64,000 bases of DNA from Bacillota bacterium (GCA_017438285.1 JAFRVY010000125.1:7687-71686); one strand, 5' to 3'. Shown: positions 9,503 to 21,470, numbered from the stretch's first letter. Notes: generated by a model not told the origin, from the sequence alone. A program made the numbers and translations.

Positions 9503-10969
9503 ATGACACAGTTATCGACGAACAGCGTAATCGCGAAAATAATGGGAATCATCGTACTGATCGAGGGCATTGCCATGATCGTACCATGGATCTGGGCTGA
9601 GGGCGCAGGCGAAACGGAATCCGCCTTTGCGTTCAGAATTTGCGTGCCGTTAACGCTTCTCGTCGGCATCCTGGTGTCTCTCTGCTTCCGTTCCGGCAGA
9701 ACAGACTTTGGCGTCCGCGAGGGCTACATCGTCGTTGCATTGGCCTGGATCATCGCATCCGTCATCGGCATGTTCCCGTATATGCTTTCGGGTACAACCG
9801 AGGACCTCTCCAGCGCCTTTTTTGAATCGGCGGCAGGCTTTACGACAACAGGCTGCACCTGCGTCGACGGCGACGAAATGTCCCACAGTCTGCTTTTGTG
9901 GAAGGCCCTCAGCAACTGGCTGGGCGGCATGGGAATCCTCGTCTTCGTTATATCGATCCTCCCTGCCCTCGGCGTCAGCGGACAGTTCATCGTACGCGCG
10001 GAGACTCCGGGCCCCGTTTATGAGAAAACTACTGTAAGAATAAAAAATTCCACCAGAGGTCTGTACATCACGTACATTTCATTCACCCTGATGGCATTTA
10101 TTCTTCTGTTATTATCAGATAAGGTCTGCCTGTACGACAGTATTGTGCTCAGTCTCGGCAGCGTCAGCACCGGAGGCGTCTCCATTCATTCCGAAGGTCT
10201 GGCCTTTTATGATAGCGTTTACGTCGAAACAGTCGTATCCTTCTTCTGTTTCCTCGCATCCGTCAACTTCATCATGTACTACAACCTCATCAGCGGCAAT
10301 ATCTCGAGAATCATCAAGGACATCGAGCTCAAGGCGTTCTTTGCGGTCATTGCGATTGGAACGATCCTGTGTGCCATCGGTATGCTTCTCAACACAGATC
10401 TTTCTCTGACGGAGGCCGTAAGAGAGTCCCTATTCCAGGTGGTCAACGTATCCAGTACCTCAGGCTACACGAAGAACGTAACCTTCGGCTGGCCGACGGC
10501 GTGCCAGTTCGTACTGCTGGCCTTAATGATCATCGGCGGATGCTCGGCATCCACTGCCGGCTCCCTCAAGGTTGTACGACTTCTCGTAGCGCTTAAGCTC
10601 ATCGGCCGCGGCGTCATCAGGAGAATCCATCCGCGTTCCGTCGTTGCCGTCAAGCTGGGAGGCGAACCCGTCTCTGCTCCGATCGTATCGGCCATCTCCG
10701 TATTTATCACGGCCTACTTCGGACTCATTTTCCTTTCGGTCATCGTGCTCTCGATCCAGGGGCTTGACGCCGAAACGAATATAACGACCACCATCGCCAT
10801 GATATCGAACACCGGCGCGGCATTCACGCACCACATCTGTATCGGCAACTTCTCCATGTTCAATGCCGGCTCGAAGTTCTTCCTCAGTCTGATCATGATT
10901 ACAGGCAGACTCGAGTTATTCACGATCATCGTTTTCTTCACCAAGACATTCTGGGGCAAGAAGCGCTGA
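9503..10969 (+). CDS. trkH: Trk K+ uptake membrane protein, copy 2
   Basis: FESAAGFTTTG, WLGGMG, STGG, STSGY, SNTG, GRLE; start moved to ATG 9503. Confidence 0.92.
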   Translation: MTQLSTNSVIAKIMGIIVLIEGIAMIVPWIWAEGAGETESAFAFRICVPLTLLVGILVSLCFRSGRTDFGVREGYIVVALAWIIASVIGMFPYMLSGTTEDLSSAFFESAAGFTTTGCTCVDGDEMSHSLLLWKALSNWLGGMGILVFVISILPALGVSGQFIVRAETPGPVYEKTTVRIKNSTRGLYITYISFTLMAFILLLLSDKVCLYDSIVLSLGSVSTGGVSIHSEGLAFYDSVYVETVVSFFCFLASVNFIMYYNLISGNISRIIKDIELKAFFAVIAIGTILCAIGMLLNTDLSLTEAVRESLFQVVNVSSTSGYTKNVTFGWPTACQFVLLALMIIGGCSASTAGSLKVVRLLVALKLIGRGVIRRIHPRSVVAVKLGGEPVSAPIVSAISVFITAYFGLIFLSVIVLSIQGLDAETNITTTIAMISNTGAAFTHHICIGNFSMFNAGSKFFLSLIMITGRLELFTIIVFFTKTFWGKKR

Positions 10970-10985
10970 TTTCCCGTGCAAAGGC

Positions 10986-13022
10986 TTAAGCCAGAACAAA
11001 GTTGATCTCGCGCCTTTCCACATCCACGCTCTCAACGATGACGACCACCCGATCGCCGAGTCTGTACTCGCGTCCTGTATTGGTTCCCTGCAGCATGTAC
11101 ATCTCAGGGATGTATTCGTAATAATCGTCAAAGAGTTCCTCGATGCTCACGAGTCCCTCTACGGTGTTATCAAGTTCCACGAAGATACCGAATCCGGTCA
11201 CACCGCTAATAATCCCATCAAAAATCTCACCTACATGGCCGGCCATATATTCGGCCTTTTTTAGTTTCTCAACTTCCCGCTCCGCCTCGATGGCGCGCCT
11301 CTCCGCCGCCGAGGAGCCGTCCGCCGCCTCTTGGACTAATTCCTCGAAGTGTTTGAAGCTTTTGCGAGAAGGTCCATCGTTTATTACCGATTTAATGATG
11401 CGGTGAATCATCAAATCCGGATATCGCCTGATCGGTGATGTGAAGTGACAGTAACTGTCCAGCGCCAGACCGAAATGTCCGTCGCAGGAAGTACTGTAAT
11501 ACGCTTTCTGCATGGACCGCAGCGTAACCGTGTTGATGACGTTTTCGAAAGGCGACCCTTTCACAGACGCCAGAATCCTGCTGATGGTTCTCGGGTGCAC
11601 CTTGTCCGCGCTGCTCTTGAACGGTATGTCAAAACTCTGCAGAAATGCCTTAAGCTGCAGCATCCTGTCAGCGTCGGGTTTTTCGTGCACTCTGTAAATG
11701 AATGGGGCTTCGAGCCATCTGAAATGCTCCGCAATCACCTCGTTGGCCGTAAGCATGAACTCCTCGATGAGTCTGTTGGCCGTTCGTCTCTCCTGGATGC
11801 CGACATTGACCGGCATCCCTTTTTCGTCGAGTGTGATCGATGTTTCTTCTATATCAAAATCCACGCTGCCGCGCGCTTCTTTTTTTCTCCGCAGTTTCTC
11901 TGCAAGCTGTCCCATGAGGAGCAAAGACTTTTCGATATCATCATAATCTCCCACGATCACACCTTTGCTGCCCGCGCCGCCGTCTCCACAGGCGCCCTCC
12001 AGCAGATCCGATACATCATCATATACGAGGCGTGCCTTGGAGCAGATAACGCTCTCGTAGATCTCGTGACTGACGATGTCTCCTGCGTCATCGAGTTCCA
12101 CATCCAGGGACAGGGTCAGCCTGTCCTCACCCGGCTGCAGACTGCACAAGTCGTTGGAGAGTTCTTTCGGAAGCATCGGGATTACATGATCCAGCAGATA
12201 AACGCTGGTGCCGCGGCGCAGCGCCTCTGCATCCATGGCGCTTCCTTCGGTGACGTAATGGGATACGTCGGCGATGTGGATGCCGAGCAGGTAGTTGCCG
12301 TTTGGCAGAACGCCGATGGATACGGCGTCGTCAAAGTCCTTGGAGTCCTCACCGTCGATGGTAAAGATCGTCTCCCCGCGCAGGTCCCGGCGTCCGTCAA
12401 TCTCATCGGAACGCAAGTGTCTGCCGCGGCTGACATACGCATTCCGCAGGGTCTTGGATTCGCTTCTGGCCTTTGCAGGAAAGACATCGCTCATCCCGTA
12501 GCTTCTGGCGATGAGTTTGATGTCGCCGCCCGGTTCGTTAAAACCGCTGATCAGTTCTGTAACGGTTCCCTCTGCTCTCCTGTATGCGTCCGGATATCTC
12601 GTCAGCCTGGCCATGACGCGGTCGCCGTCACAAATGTCTGCCGGGGCGTCGGTAATATAGATCTCCTCCGCGAAACTCCTGCCTGCAGGCAGGACGCAAC
12701 CAATGTATTTGCGGCCTTTGCGCAGTCGGCGGAAGGTACCGGCCACCTCCATGACCTTGCGTTTTTTGACGGCGATGATGCGTCCCTCAGGACGCGCCGG
12801 TCTGTAGTTTTCATCGACCTGGATCCCTGAAGTTCCGCGCCAGGTTGCGGCGGGCAAAAGCTCAACGGTGACAATGTCTCCGTCCATGGCGCTGCCCATG
12901 TTGCCTGCGCTGATATAGATGTCTCTTTCCTCTTCACTCCACGCAACAAAGCCAAAGCCCTTTCTGTGCTTTGACAGTTGTCCGGTTATGACTTGTTTTC
13001 TGTTGCCTGGTTTTGTCTTCAT
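10986..13022 (-). CDS. rnr: Ribonuclease R
   Basis: GFGFV CSD, TIDGEDSKDFDDA, IEEFML, HFTSPIRRYPD, C-terminal S1 domain. Confidence 0.95.
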   Translation of the reverse strand: MKTKPGNRKQVITGQLSKHRKGFGFVAWSEEERDIYISAGNMGSAMDGDIVTVELLPAATWRGTSGIQVDENYRPARPEGRIIAVKKRKVMEVAGTFRRLRKGRKYIGCVLPAGRSFAEEIYITDAPADICDGDRVMARLTRYPDAYRRAEGTVTELISGFNEPGGDIKLIARSYGMSDVFPAKARSESKTLRNAYVSRGRHLRSDEIDGRRDLRGETIFTIDGEDSKDFDDAVSIGVLPNGNYLLGIHIADVSHYVTEGSAMDAEALRRGTSVYLLDHVIPMLPKELSNDLCSLQPGEDRLTLSLDVELDDAGDIVSHEIYESVICSKARLVYDDVSDLLEGACGDGGAGSKGVIVGDYDDIEKSLLLMGQLAEKLRRKKEARGSVDFDIEETSITLDEKGMPVNVGIQERRTANRLIEEFMLTANEVIAEHFRWLEAPFIYRVHEKPDADRMLQLKAFLQSFDIPFKSSADKVHPRTISRILASVKGSPFENVINTVTLRSMQKAYYSTSCDGHFGLALDSYCHFTSPIRRYPDLMIHRIIKSVINDGPSRKSFKHFEELVQEAADGSSAAERRAIEAEREVEKLKKAEYMAGHVGEIFDGIISGVTGFGIFVELDNTVEGLVSIEELFDDYYEYIPEMYMLQGTNTGREYRLGDRVVVIVESVDVERREINFVLA

Positions 13023-13049
13023 GAAATGTTTACCCCTGCTATATTATAT

Positions 13050-13087
13050 AAAAAAAGTGTGCCAGAAGATACACTCTTCTGACACAC
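13050..13087 (-). terminator. Intrinsic terminator after hppA
   Basis: Minus strand GTGTGTCAGAAGA-gtgta-TCTTCTGGCACAC followed by T7. Confidence 0.8.
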
Positions 13088-13106
13088 TGTAAATCATCAT
13101 TTTTTA

Positions 13107-15146
13107 TTAGCCGATGAGTCCGCCAATTGCTACAAACAGTGGAGCGAATACTACGGATACGATCGTCATCAGCTTGATCAGGATGTTGATCGATGGACCG
13201 GAAGTATCCTTGAACGGGTCACCAACGGTGTCGCCTACAACTGTAGCCTTGTGGGTATCTGAACCCTTACCGCCATAAGCACCGCCTTCAACATACTTCT
13301 TGGCGTTGTCCCAAGCACCGCCTGCGTTCGCCATCATCAGAGCGAGCAGTACGCCTGCTGCCAGGGCTCCTGCCAGCATTCCGCCGAGAGCCTCAGGTCC
13401 GAGGATGATACCAACAGCCAGTGGAGCGATGATTGCCATCAGACCAGGAACGATCATTTCCTTCAGTGCAGCCTGAGTTGAAATGTCAACGCAGTGTGCA
13501 TAGTCAGGTTTGGATGTTCCGGCCAGGATTCCTGAATCCTCTCTGAACTGTCTTCTTACTTCTTCGATCATCTGGTTAGCAGCTCTTCCTACTGAATTCA
13601 TAGTGAATGCAGAGAACATGAACGGAAGCATTGCTCCGATGAACAGTCCGATGATTACGATCGGGTTCAGAAGTGAAATTGCTGTCATGTGAGTTACTGC
13701 TGAGTATGAAGCGAACAGAGCCAAAGCTGTCAGAGCTGCGGAACCGATTGCAAAGCCCTTGCCGATTGCAGCTGTCGTGTTACCTACAGCATCCAGCTTG
13801 TCAGTGATGTTACGTACGCCTTCTGGGAGTTCTGCCATTTCAGCAATACCGCCAGCATTATCGGATACAGGACCATAAGCGTCAACTGCAACCGTCATAC
13901 CTGTTGTCGAAAGCATACCTACTGCAGCCAGTGCGATACCGTACATTCCCATGCCGGCTCCAACTGTCTCAGTTGCGAAGTACGCAATGAAGATACCAAC
14001 GGAGATGCAGATGATCGGCCATACTGTTGACATCATGCCGACGCCGAGGCCGGAGATGATCGTCGTAGCGGAACCTGTCTGTGACTGTTCTGCGATCTTC
14101 TTAACTGACTTGTATTCTTCTGAAGTGTAGATCTCTGTGATCTTGCCGATGGCTACGCCAACGACCAGACCAGCGATGATTGCCAGCGCGAATGCGTAGC
14201 TACCCAGCAGAGCCTTGGAAAGGATGATGGAAACGATAACTACGATTCCGCTTGCGATATATGTTCCTGCGTTCAGAGCGTTAGCAGGGTTTGAACCCTC
14301 CTTACCTCTAACGAGGAGAATGCCGATTACGGAAGCGATGATTCCAACTGCTGCCATGATGAGCGGGAATACTACCGCTGTTGTTTCATCGAATAAACCG
14401 CCGGATGCAGTTGCTGCTACTGCAGCAAGAGTGATGGCTGAGATGATGGATCCGCAATATGATTCATAAAGGTCGGAACCCATACCAGCAACGTCACCTA
14501 CGTTGTCGCCTACGTTGTCAGCGATAACAGCCGGGTTACGAGGGTCGTCTTCAGGGATTCCTGCTTCAACCTTACCAACAAGGTCAGCACCTACGTCAGC
14601 AGCCTTCGTGTAGATACCGCCGCCAACACGTCCGAACAGAGCCATTGATGATGCTCCGAATCCGAATCCTGTTACACACTGTACTACGGTTGCCAGATCC
14701 AGGCAAACGACTACCATGCCGAGACCAAACAGTCCCAGGCCTGCAACTGCAAGACCCATAACTGCGCCTGATCTGAAGGCGATCTTGAGAGCCTTGTTCA
14801 TGCCGCTTTCCTTAGCAGCGTTAGCAGTTCTTACATTACCCCATGTAGCAACGTTCATTCCGAAGAAGCCTGCCAGTACGGACAGTACTGCACCGCATAC
14901 ATACAGAATAGCAGTTGTTACACTCTGAAGTCCGAATCCGATCAGAAGAGCCAGAACGATGATTACGATTGCCATGATCTTGTACTCTCTCTTCAGGAAT
15001 GCAAATGCACCCTCTCTGATAAAGCCAGAGATCTCTTTCATTCTGTCTGTTCCCTGATCACTGTTCTTGATCCACATCGCCAATACTACGGCGACGACCA
15101 GTCCTACGATCGCTGCACATACAGCAATCACAGCTAATGCTTTCAT
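13107..15146 (-). CDS. hppA: K+-dependent, probably Na+-translocating membrane pyrophosphatase
   Basis: [40 protein letters not shown] (K+-dependent type), [10 protein letters not shown]; start at ATG 15146 after GGAGGT. Confidence 0.93.
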   Translation of the reverse strand: MKALAVIAVCAAIVGLVVAVVLAMWIKNSDQGTDRMKEISGFIREGAFAFLKREYKIMAIVIIVLALLIGFGLQSVTTAILYVCGAVLSVLAGFFGMNVATWGNVRTANAAKESGMNKALKIAFRSGAVMGLAVAGLGLFGLGMVVVCLDLATVVQCVTGFGFGASSMALFGRVGGGIYTKAADVGADLVGKVEAGIPEDDPRNPAVIADNVGDNVGDVAGMGSDLYESYCGSIISAITLAAVAATASGGLFDETTAVVFPLIMAAVGIIASVIGILLVRGKEGSNPANALNAGTYIASGIVVIVSIILSKALLGSYAFALAIIAGLVVGVAIGKITEIYTSEEYKSVKKIAEQSQTGSATTIISGLGVGMMSTVWPIICISVGIFIAYFATETVGAGMGMYGIALAAVGMLSTTGMTVAVDAYGPVSDNAGGIAEMAELPEGVRNITDKLDAVGNTTAAIGKGFAIGSAALTALALFASYSAVTHMTAISLLNPIVIIGLFIGAMLPFMFSAFTMNSVGRAANQMIEEVRRQFREDSGILAGTSKPDYAHCVDISTQAALKEMIVPGLMAIIAPLAVGIILGPEALGGMLAGALAAGVLLALMMANAGGAWDNAKKYVEGGAYGGKGSDTHKATVVGDTVGDPFKDTSGPSINILIKLMTIVSVVFAPLFVAIGGLIG

Positions 15147-15267
15147 TTCGATGATACCTCCCGTTAGCATTAAACGTCATAAAAGGCGCCGTACCGGCAC
15201 CTCAAAAAGACCGCCCAATGCAAAAGCAAAAAATGATTGATAATAATTGATAACTATTCGATCGCAA
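15147..15267 (-). promoter_or_regulatory. Candidate attenuator or riboswitch leader of hppA
   Basis: Weak promoter TTGCGA-16-TATTAT; terminator AGGUGCCG-gua-CGGCGCCU-UUU; overlapping alternative hairpin GGCG(G)UCUU/GAGGUGCC. Confidence 0.45.
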
Positions 15268-15484
15268 CGAGTACGATTGAAATAACGATAAAGAGAACTG
15301 CCGTTACTGTGGCAATCTTGCTGAGAAGCGCATCATAACCTGAACTTCTCTTCTTGCCGAACAGCTGCTCTGCTCCACCGCCTATTGAACCTGACAGACC
15401 AGCACTGTTACTTGACTGCAGCAGAATACTGACAATCAGGATAATACTAGCAATTAAAAGTATGATTTTAAGAGCTAAAGTCAT
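15254..15484 (-). CDS. secG: Preprotein translocase subunit SecG
   Basis: Two TM segments, ILLQ...GLSGSIGGGAEQLFGK; downstream of eno; AAGGAGG SD. Confidence 0.95.
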   Translation of the reverse strand: MTLALKIILLIASIILIVSILLQSSNSAGLSGSIGGGAEQLFGKKRSSGYDALLSKIATVTAVLFIVISIVLVAIE

Positions 15485-15528
15485 AGAAAATTCCTCCTTA
15501 TTCTGTAACTTAAACAGTTTATCATAGC

Positions 15529-15559
15529 AAAAGGGACAAATCAACATGATTTGTCCCTT
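15529..15559 (-). terminator. Intrinsic terminator after eno
   Basis: AAGGGACAAATCA-tgt-TGATTTGTCCCTT-TT. Confidence 0.75.
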
Positions 15560-15604
15560 AAAATCGTCTGTTTTTCAATATTTTTTGCGATTTCTTATTG
15601 CGAA

Positions 15605-16918
<1,314 letters not shown>

Positions 16919-16925
16919 TCATTGA

Positions 16926-17672
16926 TCAAAAATCTATAATCTTCATGAAATCTTCGGCCTTGAGACTTGCTCCGCCTACCAGGGCGCCGTCGATCTCATC
17001 CTGATTCATTATATCAGTTGCGTTTGCAGGCTTGACGCTTCCGCCGTACTGGATGATCACCTCGTCAGCGACTTCCTCGCCGTACATGTCGATGAGCGTG
17101 TTTCTGATGAATGCGCACATCTCTTCCGCCTGTTCAGGCGTTGCCGTTCTGCCTGTGCCGATAGCCCAGATCGGTTCATACGCGATGACGATCTTCTTCA
17201 TATCCTCCGCGCTGATTCCGGCAAGACCGCCTTCAAGCTGGCTCTTCACGAAATCAAAGAGCACGCCTGAATCTCTCTGCTCAAGGCTCTCGCCGCAGCA
17301 CATGATCGGTCTGATCGGTCCCTCGAGAAGTTTCTTCAGTTTCAGGTTGACCGTCTCGTCTGTCTCTGCGAAATACTGACGTCTCTCGGAGTGTCCGACG
17401 ATACAGTAGTCGACGCCGATATCCTCGAGCATCTTCACCGATACCTCGCCGGTATACGCGCCCTCATCTGCAAAGTGCACATTCTGAGCTCCGACGCCGA
17501 TGCCGGTTCCGGCAAAAGCTTCCACGAGAGTCTGCAGGTCCGTATAAGGCGCACAGATCGCAGTCTTCACGTCTGTTCCCGTGTACAGCTTCGCGAATTC
17601 TTCTGCAAAGGCCTTAGCCTCCGCTCTCGTCTTGAACATTTTCCAGTTGCCTGCGATAAAAGGTATTCTCAT
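16926..17672 (-). CDS. tpiA: Triosephosphate isomerase
   Basis: AGNWKM, GHSERR, AYEPIWAIGTG, YGGSV, VGGASL. Confidence 0.98.
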   Translation of the reverse strand: MRIPFIAGNWKMFKTRAEAKAFAEEFAKLYTGTDVKTAICAPYTDLQTLVEAFAGTGIGVGAQNVHFADEGAYTGEVSVKMLEDIGVDYCIVGHSERRQYFAETDETVNLKLKKLLEGPIRPIMCCGESLEQRDSGVLFDFVKSQLEGGLAGISAEDMKKIVIAYEPIWAIGTGRTATPEQAEEMCAFIRNTLIDMYGEEVADEVIIQYGGSVKPANATDIMNQDEIDGALVGGASLKAEDFMKIIDF

Positions 17673-17674
17673 TT

Positions 17675-18859
17675 CTATTTCTCCTCAATGCATGCGATAC
17701 CAGGCAGTTCCTTGCCTTCCAGGAATTCCATGGAAGCGCCGCCGCCTGTTGAAACGTGGGTCATCTTGTCTTTGAATCCGAACTGTTCAACAGCTGCCGC
17801 TGAATCTCCGCCGCCGATTACTGTAACGGCATCGCTGTCAGCCAGGGCCTTTGCAACAGCCTTTGTGCCTTCGGCAAAGTTCGGCATTTCGAATACGCCC
17901 ATCGGTCCGTTCCAGACGATGGTCTTCGCTTCTGCGATGGCTTTCGCGTAGAGCTCGACGGTCTTAGGACCGATATCCATGCCCATCCAGTCTGCCGGGA
18001 TCTTGTCCGCATCGAATACTGCCTTCTCGCTGTCGTTGTCGAATTCCTTCGCGCAAACGGTGTCGACAGGAAGCAGGATCTTGACGCCTGCAGCCTCAGC
18101 CTTTGCGAGAAGCTCCTTGGCCAGATCGATGCTCTCTTCGTCCAGAATGGACTTGCCGATTTCATATCCCATGGACTTGAAGAATGTGTAGGTCATTCCT
18201 CCGCCGATGATGATGCTGTCGACCTTCTTCATCAGGTTCTCGATGACCGGAATCTTGTCGCCAACCTTGGCGCCGCCCATGATGGCTACGAACGGTCTCT
18301 CAGGAGATTCGACTGCATCGCCCAGGAACTTGACTTCCTTCTCGATGAGGAATCCGGATACTGTCGGTAAATATCTGGCGAGACCGGCTGTTGAACTGTG
18401 GTCTCTGTGAGCCGTACCAAAAGCATCGTTTACGAACAGTTCTCCCAGAGAAGCCAGTTCTCCGGTGAATGGTTCTTCGCTCTTTGTCTCTTCTGCCCTG
18501 TATCTGGTGTTTTCAAGAAGCATGACTTCGCCAGGTTTCAGTCCGGCTGCAACTTCTCTTATGTGATCGCATACTACGGTTGGGCATGAGCTGAATTTTA
18601 CTTCCTGTCCCAGGAGTTCTTCCAGTCTCTTGGCAACAGGCGCAAGGCTCAGTTCAGGCTTCGGTTCGCCCTTTGGCTTGCCCATGTGTGACATCAAAAT
18701 CACACAAGCGTTGTTTTCGATGAGGTATTTGATGGTAGGGAGTGCCGATACGATTCTGAAGTCATCTGTAATTTCACCGTCTTTCATAGGGACGTTGAAG
18801 TCACATCTTACCAGAACCTTCTTGCCGGCGACATCTACATCTCTGACTGTCTTTTTCAT
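17675..18859 (-). CDS. pgk: Phosphoglycerate kinase
   Basis: [29 protein letters not shown]. Confidence 0.98.
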   Translation of the reverse strand: MKKTVRDVDVAGKKVLVRCDFNVPMKDGEITDDFRIVSALPTIKYLIENNACVILMSHMGKPKGEPKPELSLAPVAKRLEELLGQEVKFSSCPTVVCDHIREVAAGLKPGEVMLLENTRYRAEETKSEEPFTGELASLGELFVNDAFGTAHRDHSSTAGLARYLPTVSGFLIEKEVKFLGDAVESPERPFVAIMGGAKVGDKIPVIENLMKKVDSIIIGGGMTYTFFKSMGYEIGKSILDEESIDLAKELLAKAEAAGVKILLPVDTVCAKEFDNDSEKAVFDADKIPADWMGMDIGPKTVELYAKAIAEAKTIVWNGPMGVFEMPNFAEGTKAVAKALADSDAVTVIGGGDSAAAVEQFGFKDKMTHVSTGGGASMEFLEGKELPGIACIEEK

Positions 18860-18895
18860 TTTTACAGATCCTTTCTGTCACTATAATAGAATTTG

Positions 18896-18926
18896 CGCCT
18901 CCCGCAAGAATTCGCTGCGGAAGGCG
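18896..18926 (-). other. Intercistronic stem-loop between gap and pgk, no U tract
   Basis: CGCCUUCCGCA / UGCGGGAGGCG, 11 bp with one U-G pair. Confidence 0.65.
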
Positions 18927-18943
18927 TCCGATTTCGCTTTGTT

Positions 18944-19957
18944 TTATTTATTATCTACACTGTACATATGTCTGATCAGCTCGAGGACCTTCGTTGCATA
19001 ACCATACTCGTTGTCATAGTATGCAATGAGCTTAAAGAATGTATCGTTAAGTGCGATACCCATCTTTGCATCGTAGATAGAAGTATTGGTATCTCCGATG
19101 AAGTCTACAGTTACACACTCGTCATCGACATATTCCAGAATGCCCTTCATTTCACCCTCTGCAGCCTTCTTTACTGCGGCATTGATTTCCTCGAGGGAAG
19201 TCGGTGTCTTGAGGATTACGTTCAGGTCAACAACTGATACGTCATTAGTAGGTACTCTGTAAGCCAGACCTGTCATCTTGCCCTTCAGTTCAGGGATGAC
19301 CTTGGCTACAGCCTTTGCAGCGCCTGTCGTTGTAGGAATGATGTTATTGAATACGGATCTTCCGATTCTCCAGTCCTTCATGTTTCTCTTGTCGACAGTT
19401 GTCTGCTTTGAAGTAGCAGCGTGGATGGTTGCCATGAGTCCCTGTTCGATACCGAAGTTGTCTTCGAGAACCTTGCACAGAGGAGCCAGGCAGTTCGTCG
19501 TGCATGATGCGTTGGATACAACATTCATATCAGGCGTGTACTTTTCGAGGTTTACGCCGCAGACAAATGTCGGTGCATCGTCCTTTGCAGGAGCAGTGAT
19601 GATAACTTTCTTAGCGCCTGCATCCAGGTGGCCCTGGCACTTTTCGATGGTGTTGAATGCGCCCGTTCCTTCTACGATATATTCTGCGCCGCATTCTTTC
19701 CAAGGAATGGCGCTGATATCAGTTTCGCTGTAAACCGGGACCTTCTTGCCGTCAATGACCAGACCGTTTTCATATTTGGCGACTTCCTTAGGGAATCGTC
19801 CGAAAACGGAGTCATACTTGAGCATGTAAACGAGGTAGTCAAGGTCTGCATTACGATAGTTGATACCTGCGATCTCGATATCCGGCATATCCATTGCCGA
19901 ACGAATCGCCAAACGCGAGATACGACCAAATCCGCTGATTCCGATTTTGATTGCCAT
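18944..19957 (-). CDS. gap: Type I glyceraldehyde-3-phosphate dehydrogenase with divergent cofactor site
   Basis: [27 protein letters not shown]; atypical [15 protein letters not shown] and [13 protein letters not shown]. Confidence 0.93.
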   Translation of the reverse strand: MAIKIGISGFGRISRLAIRSAMDMPDIEIAGINYRNADLDYLVYMLKYDSVFGRFPKEVAKYENGLVIDGKKVPVYSETDISAIPWKECGAEYIVEGTGAFNTIEKCQGHLDAGAKKVIITAPAKDDAPTFVCGVNLEKYTPDMNVVSNASCTTNCLAPLCKVLEDNFGIEQGLMATIHAATSKQTTVDKRNMKDWRIGRSVFNNIIPTTTGAAKAVAKVIPELKGKMTGLAYRVPTNDVSVVDLNVILKTPTSLEEINAAVKKAAEGEMKGILEYVDDECVTVDFIGDTNTSIYDAKMGIALNDTFFKLIAYYDNEYGYATKVLELIRHMYSVDNK

Positions 19958-20036
19958 TTTCAATTCCTCCTATAGCATATGTATGTGATTTAAGATAAAT
20001 ATATAGACCCTATTGGGTTGTGAACTGTTTGTCTCT

Positions 20037-21470
20037 TTAGAACCTCTTTCGCTTCGACGACGAGAGGATGCCCATCTCATCTCTGTACTTGGCGATGGTC
20101 CTTCTGGAAATCGCGATTCCCTTTTCTTCGAAGATCTCGACCATTTTCTGGTCGCTGTACGGTTTCTTCGGATCTTCCGTTTCTACAATTTCCTTAATAA
20201 ATTCCTTGATGCTGTTGGACGATATTCCTTCGCCCGTACTGCCTGATACGCCTGCCGAGAAGAAATACTTGATCTCGTACATGCCTCTCGGACATTGCAG
20301 GTATTTGCCGTTGATCGATCTGGAGACCGTCGATTCATGAATGCCGACTTCTTCGGCGATATCCTTGAGCGTCAGTGTCTTCAGATATTTGCTGCCGTGG
20401 TCGAAGAATTCCTTCTGGTGTTTCACGACTGCGGTGACCACGTTGAATATAGTCTGTTTTCTCTGCTCGATGCTCCTGATGAGCCAGGAAGCCGAATTGA
20501 CTCTCTCCGCCAAATACTCAGCCAGCTGCTTATCCGTATCCGCCTTGTGGAGCAGGTCTTTATAATAGGAGCTGACGGACAGTCTCGGTGTGCTGCTTTC
20601 GTTGATCGAGACGACATACTCGCCGTCGACCTCTTCGACGATGACATCGGGAACGATGTACTTGGTCGTCATCTCCGACGCGAACTGACGGCCCGGTTTC
20701 GGTTCCAGATCCCTGACGATGTCGGCCATTTTCTGGACGTCCTGTACTGTAACGCCCATGTCCTTGGCGATGGAGCCGAGTCTGTTCCCCGCCAGATCCT
20801 CCAGGTGATCCTCGATGAGGGTCCTGAGATTATCTGTCAGTTCGTCCCTGTTGCGCAGCTGTATCTCCAGACATTCCTTGATGTCGCTGGCCCCCACTCC
20901 GGCAGGATCAAAGCCCTGAATGATCTCCAGCGCTTCCCTGACCTTCTCTTCAGGCACCTTGGTCGCCCGTGCGATCTGCGGTATCGTGGAAGTCATGTAC
21001 CCGTTCTCGTCCAAAGACTCGATGATATACTTGCCAACGTGTCTGCAGCCTTTGTTCTTGGCGGCGAACTGGAACTGGAACATCAGGTGTTCCGGCAGCG
21101 TGACGTCATTGGTCACGAATTTCTCGTACTCGTTGGCTCTGTTTTCGCTGCCTTTATCCTGCCACTTGCCGTAGCCTTCGTCTCCGTAGTTTGAATCGCG
21201 TATATATTCTTTCCAGTCGAGAACCTCGTCCTGATGACGGTCCTCTTCTGTCTGTTTCTCTTCACGAATGCGTTCGGAGTCTTCCGGCACCTCGGATTCT
21301 CTCTGCCCCTGTTCGAGAACAGGGTTGACCAGCATCTGTTCCTGAACATAGGAATCCAGCTCCTGCGTACTGAACTGCAGAATCTGTATTGCCTGTATGA
21401 GTTCAGGTGTCATTACAAGCTTTTGCACCTGCTCAATTGTCAGATCATATCCCAGTCTCATGCCGCTCAT
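20037..21470 (-). CDS. rpoN: RNA polymerase sigma-54 factor
   Basis: QAIQILQ, HESTVSR, SDQ, RpoN box SRRTIAKYR. Confidence 0.97.
   Translation of the reverse strand: MSGMRLGYDLTIEQVQKLVMTPELIQAIQILQFSTQELDSYVQEQMLVNPVLEQGQRESEVPEDSERIREEKQTEEDRHQDEVLDWKEYIRDSNYGDEGYGKWQDKGSENRANEYEKFVTNDVTLPEHLMFQFQFAAKNKGCRHVGKYIIESLDENGYMTSTIPQIARATKVPEEKVREALEIIQGFDPAGVGASDIKECLEIQLRNRDELTDNLRTLIEDHLEDLAGNRLGSIAKDMGVTVQDVQKMADIVRDLEPKPGRQFASEMTTKYIVPDVIVEEVDGEYVVSINESSTPRLSVSSYYKDLLHKADTDKQLAEYLAERVNSASWLIRSIEQRKQTIFNVVTAVVKHQKEFFDHGSKYLKTLTLKDIAEEVGIHESTVSRSINGKYLQCPRGMYEIKYFFSAGVSGSTGEGISSNSIKEFIKEIVETEDPKKPYSDQKMVEIFEEKGIAISRRTIAKYRDEMGILSSSKRKRF

Noticed and set aside
13050-13064. TGGCAC on the minus strand upstream of rnr, resembling a sigma-54 -24 box
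   Set aside because: No TTGC at -12, and the sequence is an arm of the hppA terminator.
20018-20035. TTGTGAA upstream of gap, resembling a Rex box
   Set aside because: Only a half site; the second arm is TTGTCTC, not TTCACAA.
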